A DNA stretch of 63,563 nt, the filler included, from Octopus bimaculoides (taxonomy: Eukaryota), in assembly GCF_001194135.2 (NCBI RefSeq). It is 9 parts of 8 records of this genome, joined end to end, with 100 filler letters (N's around TTAATTAATTAA, not from the genome) between each part and the next. Parts side by side here need not be neighbours in the genome. Positions count along the whole stretch, not along the records: positions 33,023 to 52,635 come from NC_068998.1; positions 52,736 to 57,294 come from NC_068999.1; positions 57,395 to 59,692 come from NW_026316560.1; positions 59,793 to 62,082 come from NC_068996.1; positions 62,183 to 63,563 come from NC_068982.1; 4 more parts are not named here. One strand, written 5' to 3'. Within the stretch, counting starts at the first letter, position 1. Each line of letters starts with the position of its first letter. A program made the translations under genes and the position numbers. The notes below the pieces were generated by a model. That model searched no databases. It was not told the origin of the DNA and saw only the letters and a program-made list of their open reading frames with translations. This document shows positions 51,495 through 63,563 of this stretch, one piece after another.

Positions 51495-52358
51495 TGAGGG
51501 GGTACCCAAAAGAAACCGGAATTTTCCAATATTATCTTATTCACTTAGTTTTATATGCTTACACTTTTATTGCCTTCAAATTATTCCCTATTTAAAGCAA
51601 TGCATCAGTCCAGACATTCTTTTCACTATTCGAAGCAGTCCTAAGACTTTTGCAAAGTGATGCCTATTAACACCTCCAACGTTTTTTTCTTCACCTCTTC
51701 TACATCTGCAAATTCTGCAGGACTAGCGGATATCACCAGTGATGACCGAAAAAAGATCTGGATCAACTTTCAACTGTTCTTTCAGTTCATGACACATACT
51801 CAGTCATGACTATTTTTGATCTTCCATGAGCAAGTAAGGCATAAATTTTGCTGCAACTCTCTTCGTTGGCAATCCCTCACTCAAAATTTGTTGGCAGGAG
51901 CTCCAGGACATGGTAGTCATATCAGCAAGTTCATTAGTTCATAGTTTTTTAAGTTTTCATTTGTTTTGGAGGTTGACCGTCATCCTGAATGAGGTTGGTC
52001 TTCAAGTGATTATTCTTAAAGTGTGGGAACTACTCGTAAACTTGTGTTTTGCTCATGGCAGCATCCTTGTAAGTTGTTTGAAGTATAACAACTGTTTTGG
52101 CTGCTGTTTTCCCCACTAGAAAACAGAATTTCTCAGAAGTACACTGTTCATTCATTTCAGCCATTGCAAAATTGATGAACAGGGGAGAAACACTGCAAAA
52201 CAAAGACGCACTATGCGGCAGTACGACTTCACAAAGTACTGCCAGTCAACAGACTGATGCCTGAGGGCCACATCAAGTTGCTTCTAGCGGTGGAAGTCTG
52301 AACTACAATGGCTTTGTCCCACAGAGAAAATTTCCGGTTACTTTTGGGTACCCCCTCG
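51495..52358 (-). mobile_element. Internally deleted mariner element
   Basis: TA|(C/T)GAGGGGGTACCCAAAAG(T/A)AACCGGAA TIRs; KFCFLVGKTAA.TV…AMSKTQVYE*F N-terminus and FADVEEVKKKT…DCFE*W..C C-terminus. Confidence 0.92.
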
Positions 52359-52533
52359 TATACATATATATATAGTTGTATATTGTCAACTTAATGTGAC
52401 AATCCCAATAAGGGAATACACTACTGCCGTTTAGCCCTAGGAAGCCGGACTGCTTCCTGTCGGTCTTGACACAATTACTGTGTCCTTAAGTTTGCGAGGG
52501 GGAGACAAGCTCCTCCACCCAGCCTAGCCAGCA

Positions 52534-52576
52534 TTCAGGGACATGTTTCTGAGTCTTTGCTCGTCATCAGCCTGAA
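52534..52576 (-). ncRNA. Minimal type I hammerhead ribozyme motif with palindromic stem III
   Basis: TTCAGG-CTGATGA-CGAG-CAAAGA-CTCA-GAAA-CATG-TC-CCTGAA: 6-bp stem I, intact core boxes, GUC cleavage triplet; C·A mismatch at the base of stem II. Confidence 0.8.
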
Positions 52577-52735
52577 GTAGCTTGCCAGCTGGTTAAAGAA
52601 GCCTGTTTAGCCCTCGCAAACTTATATAATCATAANNNNNNNNNNNNNNNNNNNNNNNNNNNNNNNNNNNNNNNNNNNNTTAATTAATTAANNNNNNNNN
52701 NNNNNNNNNNNNNNNNNNNNNNNNNNNNNNNNNNN

Positions 52736-52796
<61 letters not shown>

Positions 52797-53927
52797 CGTA
52801 TATAGATATCTTTTAAGCTCGGTACGTATTCCAATCGGTTTCTCTTGCCGAAACGCTAAGTAACGAGGTCGTAAACACGGCGTGTAGATGCAACATACTA
52901 AATGGTGTGTAGATTCAACGTGACACACGGTGTGTATAAGTGTTGTGACACGGTAGTGAGGGAAATACTTATGACACACGAGGTGTTGAAGCGCTGAAGT
53001 GTTGTGACACGGCAGTGAGGGAAAAATACTTACGACACACGATGTGTAGAAGTGTTGTGACACGGCGATGAGAGAAATACTTATGACACACTGTGTGCTT
53101 GCATGGGTCGGACGGAATTTGCTGAGGCGGATTTTTTACGGTCGCACGCCCTTCTTGTTGCCTTTTTCCAAATAAGGTAAGAATTTTCCCCCGTGATCAG
53201 ACAAATGAAAACCGCTTGTATGACAATAAGACTAGTGTACAACTATCATGCGATGTCAAAGTAAGGAAACAGAAGCGCGCCATAGAAACCGGGAAACCGG
53301 GCCCATGAGCCTGGCTAGGCTTTAAAAGGGCGCATAAATAATTTTTTTTTAATGTTTAAAGTACCCTGTATGCCATGCTTTGTAGAAAATAGCTAGCCAT
53401 TATTCCTGCGTGGGATGGTGTCAGGAACGGCATCTTGATTGTAAAATATCGCATCCAAAATGTCCCGTCCAACTCATGCCAGCATAAAAAAAAACAGACG
53501 TAAAAACGACGCCGATGGTGGTGGTGATAATGGCCAATATGATGATGGTAACGACAAAACAATTCATCTCCTACTTATTTATAGTTTACATAATTATCTA
53601 AATATTTCCTTCTACTTTAAAATCATGTATACTCTAAACACACACACACATACATCCATCCATACATATGTGTTTACATTTAACTTCACACCGTTTATAG
53701 CTGGCTCTAAACGTCCTACCAGGTCGTCGTCGTTGACTAATCTCATAGATTATCTGCGAGAGAGATGATATATTTCCAAGATAAGACACGGACTCTAATG
53801 AAACGAAATTTTACTTGGGCTTATCAGCTCGGCTCCACTCTTGTCAGTTACAAAGTGTCGGTAAAGCCTAAAGCGGTTTTTAAAAAAAGCCAAGTTGATC
53901 TCTTAGCACCAGCACTTCCACCGCCTA

Positions 53928-53972
<45 letters not shown>

Positions 53973-54382
53973 CAGCACTTAATATTTTTTTCAAATTAGA
54001 CTTTGCAGATTGTAGAGCTAATACGACAACAGACTGTCTGCGAATGTTCCAGAAAAACTACAAGATAACAATCACAACAATATTCGTTGCAATTACACGA
54101 TCGATCATCTTTGTCGAGGAGCAGATCATCATCATCATCATCATCATCATCAACACCACCTTCATCATCATCGTTTTAACGCTCACTTGGTTCGGACAGG
54201 AATTCACGGAGGCAAAATTTCTATACGACCGAACACCCTTTCCTGCAGACAATCCTCATCCGTTTCCAATTCATAAATGTTTACCCATGGCCGGGTACAT
54301 TTTCATGGAAGATTGGAAATGAAAGGCAACGCTTGTATTACAGCGAACTCGTTTACAACTATCACGCGATATCAAGGTACGG

Positions 54383-54422
<40 letters not shown>

Positions 54423-54564
54423 ATATTCGACGTAGGCTGTGTGATGTTCATGCTTTTCCCAAAGGCATTGGAAATTACAAAGTACAGAACCTAGACTAAA
54501 ATTTCGTTCTCCAAGAACGTAACTAAAGACTACAGCAATTGAACTAATATTCTTTCCGTGTTAA

Positions 54565-54800
54565 GGCGACGAGCTGGCAGAAACGTTAGCACGCCGGGCG
54601 AAATGCTTAGCGGTATATCGCCCGCCGCTACGTTCTGAGTTCAAATTCCGCCGAGGTCGACTTTGCTTTTCATCCTTTCGGGGTCGATAAATTAGGCACC
54701 AGCTACGCACTGGGGTCGATGTAATCGACTTAATCCCTTTGTCTGTCCTTGTTTGTCCCCTCTATGTTCAGCCCCTTGTGGGCAATAAAGAAATAAGAAG
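54565..54800 (+). mobile_element. Full-length tRNA-derived SINE, CpGs intact
   Basis: ggcgacgagctggcagaaacgttagcacgccgggcgaaatgcttagcgg…gagttcaaattcc…gggcaataaagaaataagaa. Confidence 0.9.
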
Positions 54801-55309
54801 CATTAAACATGCAAGGCGACTCAGACACGATGCTCTATGTACTTCGCACTATTGCACCTGATAGCCACGTTTAGTGTTTCTCATTGTTATTTTTATGAAC
54901 TAACTTTACAATAAATGACATCATAATTGGCTACAAAAGAGGACAGATATATTATATATTTCGTAGGCACTGTACACAGAAAACACCACATACACAAACA
55001 CACACATATATTGAAAATCTGTGGGTCAGATGTTTATTTGTTTTGTCGGTTTATATTATCAATGATTAAATTTATAATTCTAGTCAGTTTTCTGGGGGGT
55101 TTTTTTATGCTCCCCGCATTAAATATGTTTAACACTAACGCAACTTTATTGTATTGCAATAGTTTGTTTACATCATATGATGTGTTACGTATTGTTGCCA
55201 ATTATTTTGTTGGCCTGGAATTTCAACGACGAATAGAATACAATAAAACATTGATTACAAAACCGAGAAAACAGAAAGAAGCATCTGACCCACATAATAT
55301 CAGTTTCAA

Positions 55310-55596
55310 ATTCTGGCGCAAGGATAAAAAGGCAAAACGACCTCGGCGGAATTTGAACTAGGAACATAAAGATGGACGAAATGCCGCTAAGCATTTTGCT
55401 TGGTGCGTTAACGACACTGCCTTAATAATAACAATAATTCTACTATAGGACACAAGGCTTGGAATTTTGAGGGAGGGGGCTAGTCGATTACATCGATACC
55501 AGTGTGTAATTGGTACTTATTTCATCGATCGGGCGGAATTTGAACTCAGAACGCAAGTACGAATGAAATGCCTGGCGTGCTAACAACAACAGCAAC

Positions 55597-55632
<36 letters not shown>

Positions 55633-56500
55633 CCTTTCAGGACACAAGGCCGGAAATTTGGGGGGATAGTTAAGTCGAATACGTCGACCCCAGTGCGTAA
55701 CTCGTACTTATTTCATCGACCCCGAAAGGATAAAAAGCAAAGTCGACCTCCGCGGAATTTGAACTCAGAACGTAAGGACGACGGACGAAATGCCGCTGAG
55801 CTGCAAAGCGTTTTACCCGGCGTTATAACGATTCCGCCAGCTCGTTGCCTGTCTGACCTAGATGCAAACCCCAAGGAGAAGAAACGGGTTGTCAAGTTGG
55901 ATTGTACAAGTGCATACTCTTGCGTGTGTGTGTGTGTGTGTTCGGTATTCTTTGTAATTGCGTACTCAATATTCTTACCATATTATTGAACAGCTCAATA
56001 CTCAATTTCGTAAGTACACGTCGCAGACATGTTGTACGCTGCATGAATGGCGTACAGATACACAAGACATAGATGGCGAGTTGAATACGATATTAGTTGT
56101 ACATTGTACTACTCCATACATTAGCTATAAGCAAGCGAATTTGTATACCTATTCGACCCATGAGTGCAGCGCACTTGGTAACCGAGTACAAGAGAGACTA
56201 GCATATCATTGAACAGCTGACACTTACCATTTCAAAGGTTAGCGTTCCATCTAATGAAAATTCATTTATATCGTTAAGTATTTTGCCCAGCGTGCGAATG
56301 ATTCCGCCAAGCTCGCTGCCTTAATAGTTACAATCCTTTCTACTAAAGGCACTTGGCCTGAAATGTTGGGGCAGGGGACTAGTCGATTAGATCGACCCCA
56401 GTGTTTCACTGGTACTTAATTTATCGACCTCCAAAGGATGAAAAGCAAAGTCGACCTCGGTGGAATTTGAACTCAGAATGTAAAGTCGGACGAAATGCTG
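55310..56500 (-). mobile_element. Cluster of 4 or more further copies or fragments of the same SINE (55310-55560, 55630-55845, 56280-56500)
   Basis: Repeated gtcgacctc.gcggaatttgaactcagaac motif. Confidence 0.85.
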
Positions 56501-57394
56501 TTAAGAGGCAAGGGGAGTTAGCACAATATTCGCGTATGAAATAAAACAATAGCAATTAGCAAAAATTTAAAATTGAAACTCCTCAAAAGGGAGTAGTTCC
56601 TCTCAAGGGCCAATCACACCTTACACATCCTGGTCCCTCCTCTTTCTCAACCCCTTCGGCTTACAAGTTCAGAGTGGGTCCATTCACACGGGCCATCCAC
56701 GCCATACTAATAAATTGAACAAGACAATAATACGATGAATGGAATAGATGTAGTGTCCTCGCGTTGTATATATGTATATATATTTGACTTCAATGTGTGT
56801 ATGTGCAAACAATAGAATTTGTGTACGTATTCGACCCATGTGTGTAGCGTACTCTGCAAGTGATAACAAATACTCGGATCCCGAAGTGTACAAGTAGCAG
56901 AATTTGTTTACCTGTCCGACCCATGACAGTATCCAGACGGAAAAAAAAGTTACTTAATAAAATATGGAAATTTTGGGATGTCAGATAATTTTTTTGATTC
57001 GTTTTTTTTTTTTCTTTTCCATTTATTTTTATCCATCCCGATGTTATTTGAATTAAGAAGGAAAAAAAACATCGTCGTGTTTTTTTGTTTTTTTTGTAAT
57101 ATTATTCTTTCTCTACGACATTTGTTAATCGCTTTTGAAATGTGAATAAATTTTAACTCTTTTCAGACGATGTAATGCCTAGTAGAGGGGGGTAAAAAAA
57201 ACGAACAATTTTATCTGAAAACCCAATACGTTTCTTCATAAATAAAAAATTTAAATGTCTTACCCCACTTTCTGTTTCTTCATCACGAGTTTCANNNNNN
57301 NNNNNNNNNNNNNNNNNNNNNNNNNNNNNNNNNNNNNNTTAATTAATTAANNNNNNNNNNNNNNNNNNNNNNNNNNNNNNNNNNNNNNNNNNNN

Positions 57395-57434
<40 letters not shown>

Positions 57435-59792
57435 TGAGCTAACCAGATTGCATTGCAGCGAGGCAATAGCTAATCTCTTTGTAAGTTTTTCAGATATTAC
57501 TGTATATCATGAAAGTGATAAATTGAATATGCAAGCATCGTTGTGGGTGATATTATTTTATTCGTTGATAAGATAAAAAGAAGCGATAAATCTACCATTA
57601 TTAACTTCACTAGTGCAGGCCTAAGAACATGGCTTATATTCACAGCCTTAGTTGTATATTAGAATATGGAAATTGTTGACAAAAAAACTGCAATAAAAAG
57701 AAACAAAAAATCCGTTCCCAATATATTGAAATAAGAAAAAAATTGTTTGCAACAATGGCTGTCTGACAGAAACTTTGCAATAAAATGTCGTGGTAGATAT
57801 TTCTTTCTTAATTTAGCATCCAATTTTAGCCTCTATCACTACCCAGATATTACGATATTATCTAACCGAAAATACAACGAAATTTATCAGATTGCTCATA
57901 AAATACTAATGTACTTTGGTTTGTATTCAAAATTCAAATAAATCGCATTGAGTTAGTATTTCAAAACTCTTCACTTTTGTTAGCTTTGAATTGAATGACA
58001 ATAAACTAAATTGAATTGAAAAAATCAATTGAATTGAAGAGTTTAATTCTCAGCGTAGACATCAATTGAAACATCTGTTCTGTCTCTTTAGTTTTTTCAA
58101 CGATTTTCTGTTTTGTACACACATACATATATGCATAAACACACACATACGTATGTATGTATGTATGCATGTATGTATGTATGTATGTATGTATGTATGT
58201 GTATACACATATGTTTATATATATGTACATATATATATGTTTGAGTGTGTGTGAGTGTATATATANNNNNNNNNNNNNNNNNNNNNNNNNNNNNNNNNNN
58301 NNNNNNNNNNNNNNNNNNNNNNNNNNNNNNNNNNNNNNNNNNNNNNNNNNNNNNNNNNNNNNNNNNNNNNNNNNNNNNNNNNNNNNNNNNNNNNNNNNNN
58401 NNNNNNNNNNNNNNNNNNNNNNNNATATATATATATATACATATATATACATATATACATGCATATATGTATTTATATGTATACATTCATATATATATGA
58501 ATATATATATGTATATGATTATTTATATATATATATATATATATATGCTAAAGTGACATTGTATATTTGCAGCTGCAAAATTTTAATCAATTATACCCAA
58601 ACATATAAATAATGTAAGCCTTCTCCTACACCCGCTCCCGCCACCCGAAAGGTAAAAACAAAGAAGGAAAAGAAAGTATTGCCGTTACTTCACTACTCTA
58701 ATTGATTATATTATGCTGAATTTAAGCACACACAAAGATATTATAATCATTATTATAAGGAGGCAATATCCCAGAAGTCTATCGATGAAGACATTTATAC
58801 ATTCTTGATGTCGCGTATATAAATTTTCCTAAATTGTTTAATCGTTAAAAAAAGAAAAAAGAGAAATAGGCATCTAAAATTTTTATGTACAATATTTCAA
58901 ATCAATTCAAGTATAACTCATTTATCATCTATTATCTTCTTTCCAACAATTTGAAATATTGTCTTATATTGATTAAGTGCAAGGTCTAAATCAGCCGATA
59001 GGATGACATCATGTTGTGAAGTTCATTTAAAAAATACTTTAATACATAAATAAGAAATGCTAACTGAAAGGCATTCAAATGTGGCTCAAAACATCATTGC
59101 CTTCTGTTTACCGGAATCCTATTGTGTATTATCAGCTCTCATTCCAGTAGGAATAAAACGAATTTTCCAAAATACTAGTTATTAGATATAACTCGTTTCC
59201 AATAACTTAGTTATTACAACTCTTTAATAAATATAAACTTATATATTACAATTCTATTTATAACTGTACATGTTTGTAATGCATCCAATCAATATAATTC
59301 AGATGCCTATAATCAAAACAGTTGGAATAATATAGCATAATTAAAACATTTTATTTCTCTTATATTTACATAATATTTTGATCATCTAATAGCAAAAACC
59401 TTTTAATTTACATATCCAGTGACACATCTACTTCTGCTACAATACACACACTTTGACTCTTCAGTTTTGTTTGTATGTATATATTCATACAGAAATGTAC
59501 TTGTATAGTAAGTGACTTGATCTGAGATCATGTGCTAGCACGGAATTTTGTCAGCGAACAGGTCGCGGTTTCTAAGCGACGAAAATATTTTGACTAATTA
59601 AATTGAAATGTTGAAGTGAATCTAACGGTTTTTGTGTTTTTCAATGGCTATATAGAAACACCTATATGTATATGTATATATATATATATATANNNNNNNN
59701 NNNNNNNNNNNNNNNNNNNNNNNNNNNNNNNNNNNNTTAATTAATTAANNNNNNNNNNNNNNNNNNNNNNNNNNNNNNNNNNNNNNNNNNNN

Positions 59793-60056
59793 CTTGTGCG
59801 GGTGGCACATAAATGACACTATTTCGAGCGTGGCCGTTGCCAGTATCGCCTGACTGGCCAACGTGTGGGTGACACGTAAAAGCACCTACTACACTCTCTG
59901 AGTGGTTGGCGTTAGGAAGGGCATCCAGCTGTAGAAACTCTGCCAAATTTAGATTGGAGCCTGGTGTTGCCATCCGGTTTCACCAGTCCTCAGTCAAATC
60001 GTCCAACCCATGCTAGCATGGAAAGCGGACGTTAAACGATGATGATGATGATGATT
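59793..60056 (+). mobile_element. RTE LINE 3' tail, little CpG decay
   Basis: Its 3' ~95 bp are identical to the copy at 20476-20580; ends in (GAT)n. Confidence 0.85.
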
Positions 60057-60066
60057 CTAATATATA

Positions 60067-60104
<38 letters not shown>

Positions 60105-60373
60105 AATATGTATATGTATATATACCATACTAGAATTTACTGTGGAGTATATCCATAGGTTTTAAGCACTGCAGTGTTCATAAATTAATTAATTTACTTG
60201 ATACACAAAGCAGTAGCATATGTTTCTCTCTTTATAAACAGCCTCACCATGGATCAGAAAAGGAGGATTGACTGAATGCTGCCATTTCTGGTTTTATTAC
60301 ACCTTCATGCCATTATTCTACATTTTTCTACCACTATAGAATTGTATTTAAAGCCATTGTTTCAAATATAAAT

Positions 60374-60434
<61 letters not shown>

Positions 60435-61389
60435 TGCATGTATACATATGCATACACACTCACATATGATATAGACTGTTAAAGATGATGCATTGAAAAA
60501 GTTTCATATGTAATTTAAAAAAAACTAAACAATCTTCAGATGTTAAATAAAACATGCTTTCTGCCTGTACTTCATCAAATTTTTTAATAGGAGCATAATT
60601 CATTTCATATTAATGTTTAGATGGAGTTAAGTCTAATATTGCAAGAACTTTTCAAACTTATCGGTTAAATATTTCTCTATTAACTGCCATTACTGGGAAA
60701 ACTATTCAGTAGAAATAATCTTAAATTGAAATATACTTGCACTATTAGTATTTAAACATGCTATTGAAACTAACTGTACCTGCTGAACCCCCCCCCCATA
60801 CACACACACACACACACACACACTTTATCTGTCATATAATGCTGAAACAATTATGTCAAGCAGAAGTCACCTTTGAACTTTAACATAGTATATAAATGCT
60901 GAGTAGGCATGGTGGAAAGTAAATCTATATATAGATACTTAAATAATATTTTATTCCTTCAGCTATATACACTTCCATTCTGCTGTCGTTGATCCACTAC
61001 TAGAGTAAATAAACCTCAGTATGTTGTCTAATTATTTATGATGATTGCAGACATACCAGCATGTGTAACCAACAGGAATACAACAAAATTATCCATTTAC
61101 ATTTAATTTAAAAGAACATGATGAAATTTCTTGATTGATGCATACCTTATAGAACTAGGATTAAAAGAAGCTTTATATTCAATATTAAGAAATATGCAAA
61201 TTGTCTAAATGTAAAGTCAGAGATCATGACTATATGCCCTCAGTTTGATAAACACTTCCTAAAAACAAGAAAATTACACTTCTACTTTGTCAAATGCTTC
61301 AATACTTAATTGTGATGTACTCACTTTATCTAATAAACTTATGCTTCAATATTCTAACCTTTTGTCTCTTACAAAACTGTAAAGATCAT

Positions 61390-61437
<48 letters not shown>

Positions 61438-61982
61438 GTTTTAACCCAGTAATTCACTTCTTCAACTCCCTATGCNNNNNNNNNNCTCTCTCTCTCTCTT
61501 TTTTGTTTTAACCCAGTAATTCACTTCTTGAACTCCCTATGCCTTTTGCAACTCTACATTTCTAAAAAAAATTCCCATACTATTTTAATTACATCTTCCT
61601 TTTGTTTTTCTTCATTTATGTTTTTATTCATTTTTTTTAAAAGCTTTGTTATATTTTATATCTTATATCTCCATATTCCCAACGGAAATAATTCCAGCTG
61701 ACTAGATATTCATATGTAATAAGTTAGGCTCCTTACAACTTTCTCGACTCTGCAGTTAAGACTGGAAGGTTTTGTATATTGGATATTCTAGAAATAGTTT
61801 CGTTTCATTGTCTGAAGATTGCTTAGTTTCTATCTAAGTATGAAACTCAAAACTATGCTATATTATCTTTAATGTACTATATTAATATACTTCACTCTAC
61901 ACTACATCTGGTTTACTCTGTTTTTGTTTGTGTGAATACCTACATTTTATTCATACCTACGGTCAATACATATATATGTATA

Positions 61983-62082
<100 letters not shown>

Positions 62083-62235
62083 NNNNNNNNNNNNNNNNNN
62101 NNNNNNNNNNNNNNNNNNNNNNNNNNTTAATTAATTAANNNNNNNNNNNNNNNNNNNNNNNNNNNNNNNNNNNNNNNNNNNNGGTTTGAAACTGAGATTA
62201 AAATCAGTTTTAAAACCGTCCGGAACTACATTCCA

Positions 62236-62304
<69 letters not shown>

Positions 62305-62468
62305 CGCTGCGCTACTGCTGCCGCTACTGCTGCCGCTACTGCTGCCGCTACTGCTGTCGCCACTGTCGCCGCTACTGCTGCTGCTGCTGCCGGAAAACAT
62401 TCACCGGAATCCATTACTTGGTCGCTCTACCTACGAGAAGTATCAGCAAAGTTTTCATCAACTCATAC

Positions 62469-62540
62469 CTGTTGAAGCAATGAAGGACACACTAAGTTGT
62501 GTAATACTCTTAGACATGTCTCACGATAAGTTATGTCATC
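62469..62540 (-). CDS. Candidate 72-nt symmetric exon (DDITYRETCLRVLHNLVCPSLLQQ)
   Basis: Acceptor ataattattttgatag|, donor CAG|gtatga, phase 0 to 0, open. Confidence 0.5.
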
Positions 62541-63100
62541 CTATCAAAATAATTATGGTCAATGTCAACGAAAGTGAATAGGAGAGTTTGATAAGTTCAA
62601 TTGCTGTGATGAGTGAACAGTTTGACTTCTCGGATCTTAGTCCTTCGTCAAGGAGTGAATGAGAGCGAAAGAGAGAGAGAGAGAGAGGGGGGAGATAGAG
62701 AAAGAGGGAGGGAAGGAGGGAGAGAGAGAGAAGAGAGAGAAGGTGACTGTGGTGTTGTCGCTTCTGTTTTGAATAAATAAATAAAGGCAAAGAAGATGGT
62801 TGGAAAATATAGGGAAAAGTGGAAAATATAGAGTCAAGTCAGTTATAGGGGGCGGGTAAAGTTTTCTTTAGACATAAGAATGGGCAAAATTGAGAATCAA
62901 AGATAAATGTTGAGGGTCTGTGCTGGATGCAGTTATTCAAATGTCTGAATAGAAAGATGGGATGGCCACGGCTGGAGACTCATTTCTTTAACCGTGTCTT
63001 TTTTTTCGATCAGTCAGAACTGGAGCTAAATAACACCAGCCACACCTCTCGTGTAAAGAAACGTCCTCCTTCTCCTCATCTCTCACATCTTCTTCCTTTG

Positions 63101-63133
<33 letters not shown>

Positions 63134-63255
63134 TATCATCATCATCAACATCATTGCAGAGAGTGATTTTTTTAATGTTGGTTGTGAAAACGGTGATAAT
63201 GACAATGGCGACGAGGGTGCGGTGTTGGTTACCATGGTAATGGTGTTAGTCATGT

Positions 63256-63563
63256 GGAAGCGCAATGGCCCAGTGGTTAGGGCAGCGGACTCGCGGTCAT
63301 AGGATCGCGGTTTCGATTCCCAGACCGGGCGTTGTGAGTGTTTATTGAGCGAAAACACCTAAAAGCTCCACGAGGCTCCGGCAGGGGATGGTGGCGAACC
63401 CTGCTGTACTCTTCCACCACAACTTTCTCTCACTCTTACTTCCTGTTTCTGTTGTGCCTGTAATTCAAAGGGTCAGCCTTGTCACACTCTGTGTCACGCT
63501 GAATATCCCCGAGAACTACGTTAAGGGTACACGTGTCTGTGGGGTGCTCAGCCACTTGCACGT
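63256..63563 (+). mobile_element. tRNA-headed SINE (third family), truncated by the window edge
   Basis: A-box TGGCCCAGTGG and B-box GGTTTCGATTCC, followed by a non-tRNA body; not a tRNA gene. Confidence 0.85.

Noticed and set aside
52930-53095. CRISPR-like repeat-spacer appearance
   Set aside because: Eukaryotic context, no cas genes, and the 'spacers' resemble each other; this is a tandem repeat linked to a retroelement tail.
61400-61545. Short duplication across a 10-N gap
   Set aside because: Same artefact; the single mismatch probably reflects two haplotypes.
62186-62581. 131-aa poly-T/poly-A/poly-L ORF
   Set aside because: Driven by an (ACT)n/(GCT)n compound microsatellite.
63256-63335. 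tRNA gene
   Set aside because: A and B boxes are present but it continues into a repeat body without a proper acceptor stem or terminator; it is a SINE head.

Overview
Gappy, AT- and microsatellite-rich eukaryotic genomic DNA. The repeat families (tRNA-headed CORE-type and other SINEs, RTE LINE tails) point to a cephalopod, most likely Octopus; this is inference, not a database result. The window is about nine contigs joined by eight artificial 100-nt spacers (N44-TTAATTAATTAA-N44), so long-range order is not guaranteed. Most sequence is transposon-derived: RTE LINEs (two families), a restriction-endonuclease-type LINE relic, a Penelope-like element, Tc1, mariner, hAT and Helitron relics, piggyBac-type and Merlin-like MITEs, and many SINEs. 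One spliced, phase-consistent minus-strand protein C-terminus (4 exons, 10123-16441) can be assembled by hand, but I do not recognise the protein. The most notable signals are five type I hammerhead ribozyme motifs from three unrelated elements. Two sit in a spacerless ~467-bp palindrome (44078-44544), one in a short highly structured element (52384-52625), and two in the inverted pseudo-LTRs of a Penelope relic (19210-19975). A MITE with a clean 8-bp TSD encloses TTAGGG telomeric repeats inside nested inverted repeats. Nearly all ORFs in the supplied track are microsatellite or N artefacts.
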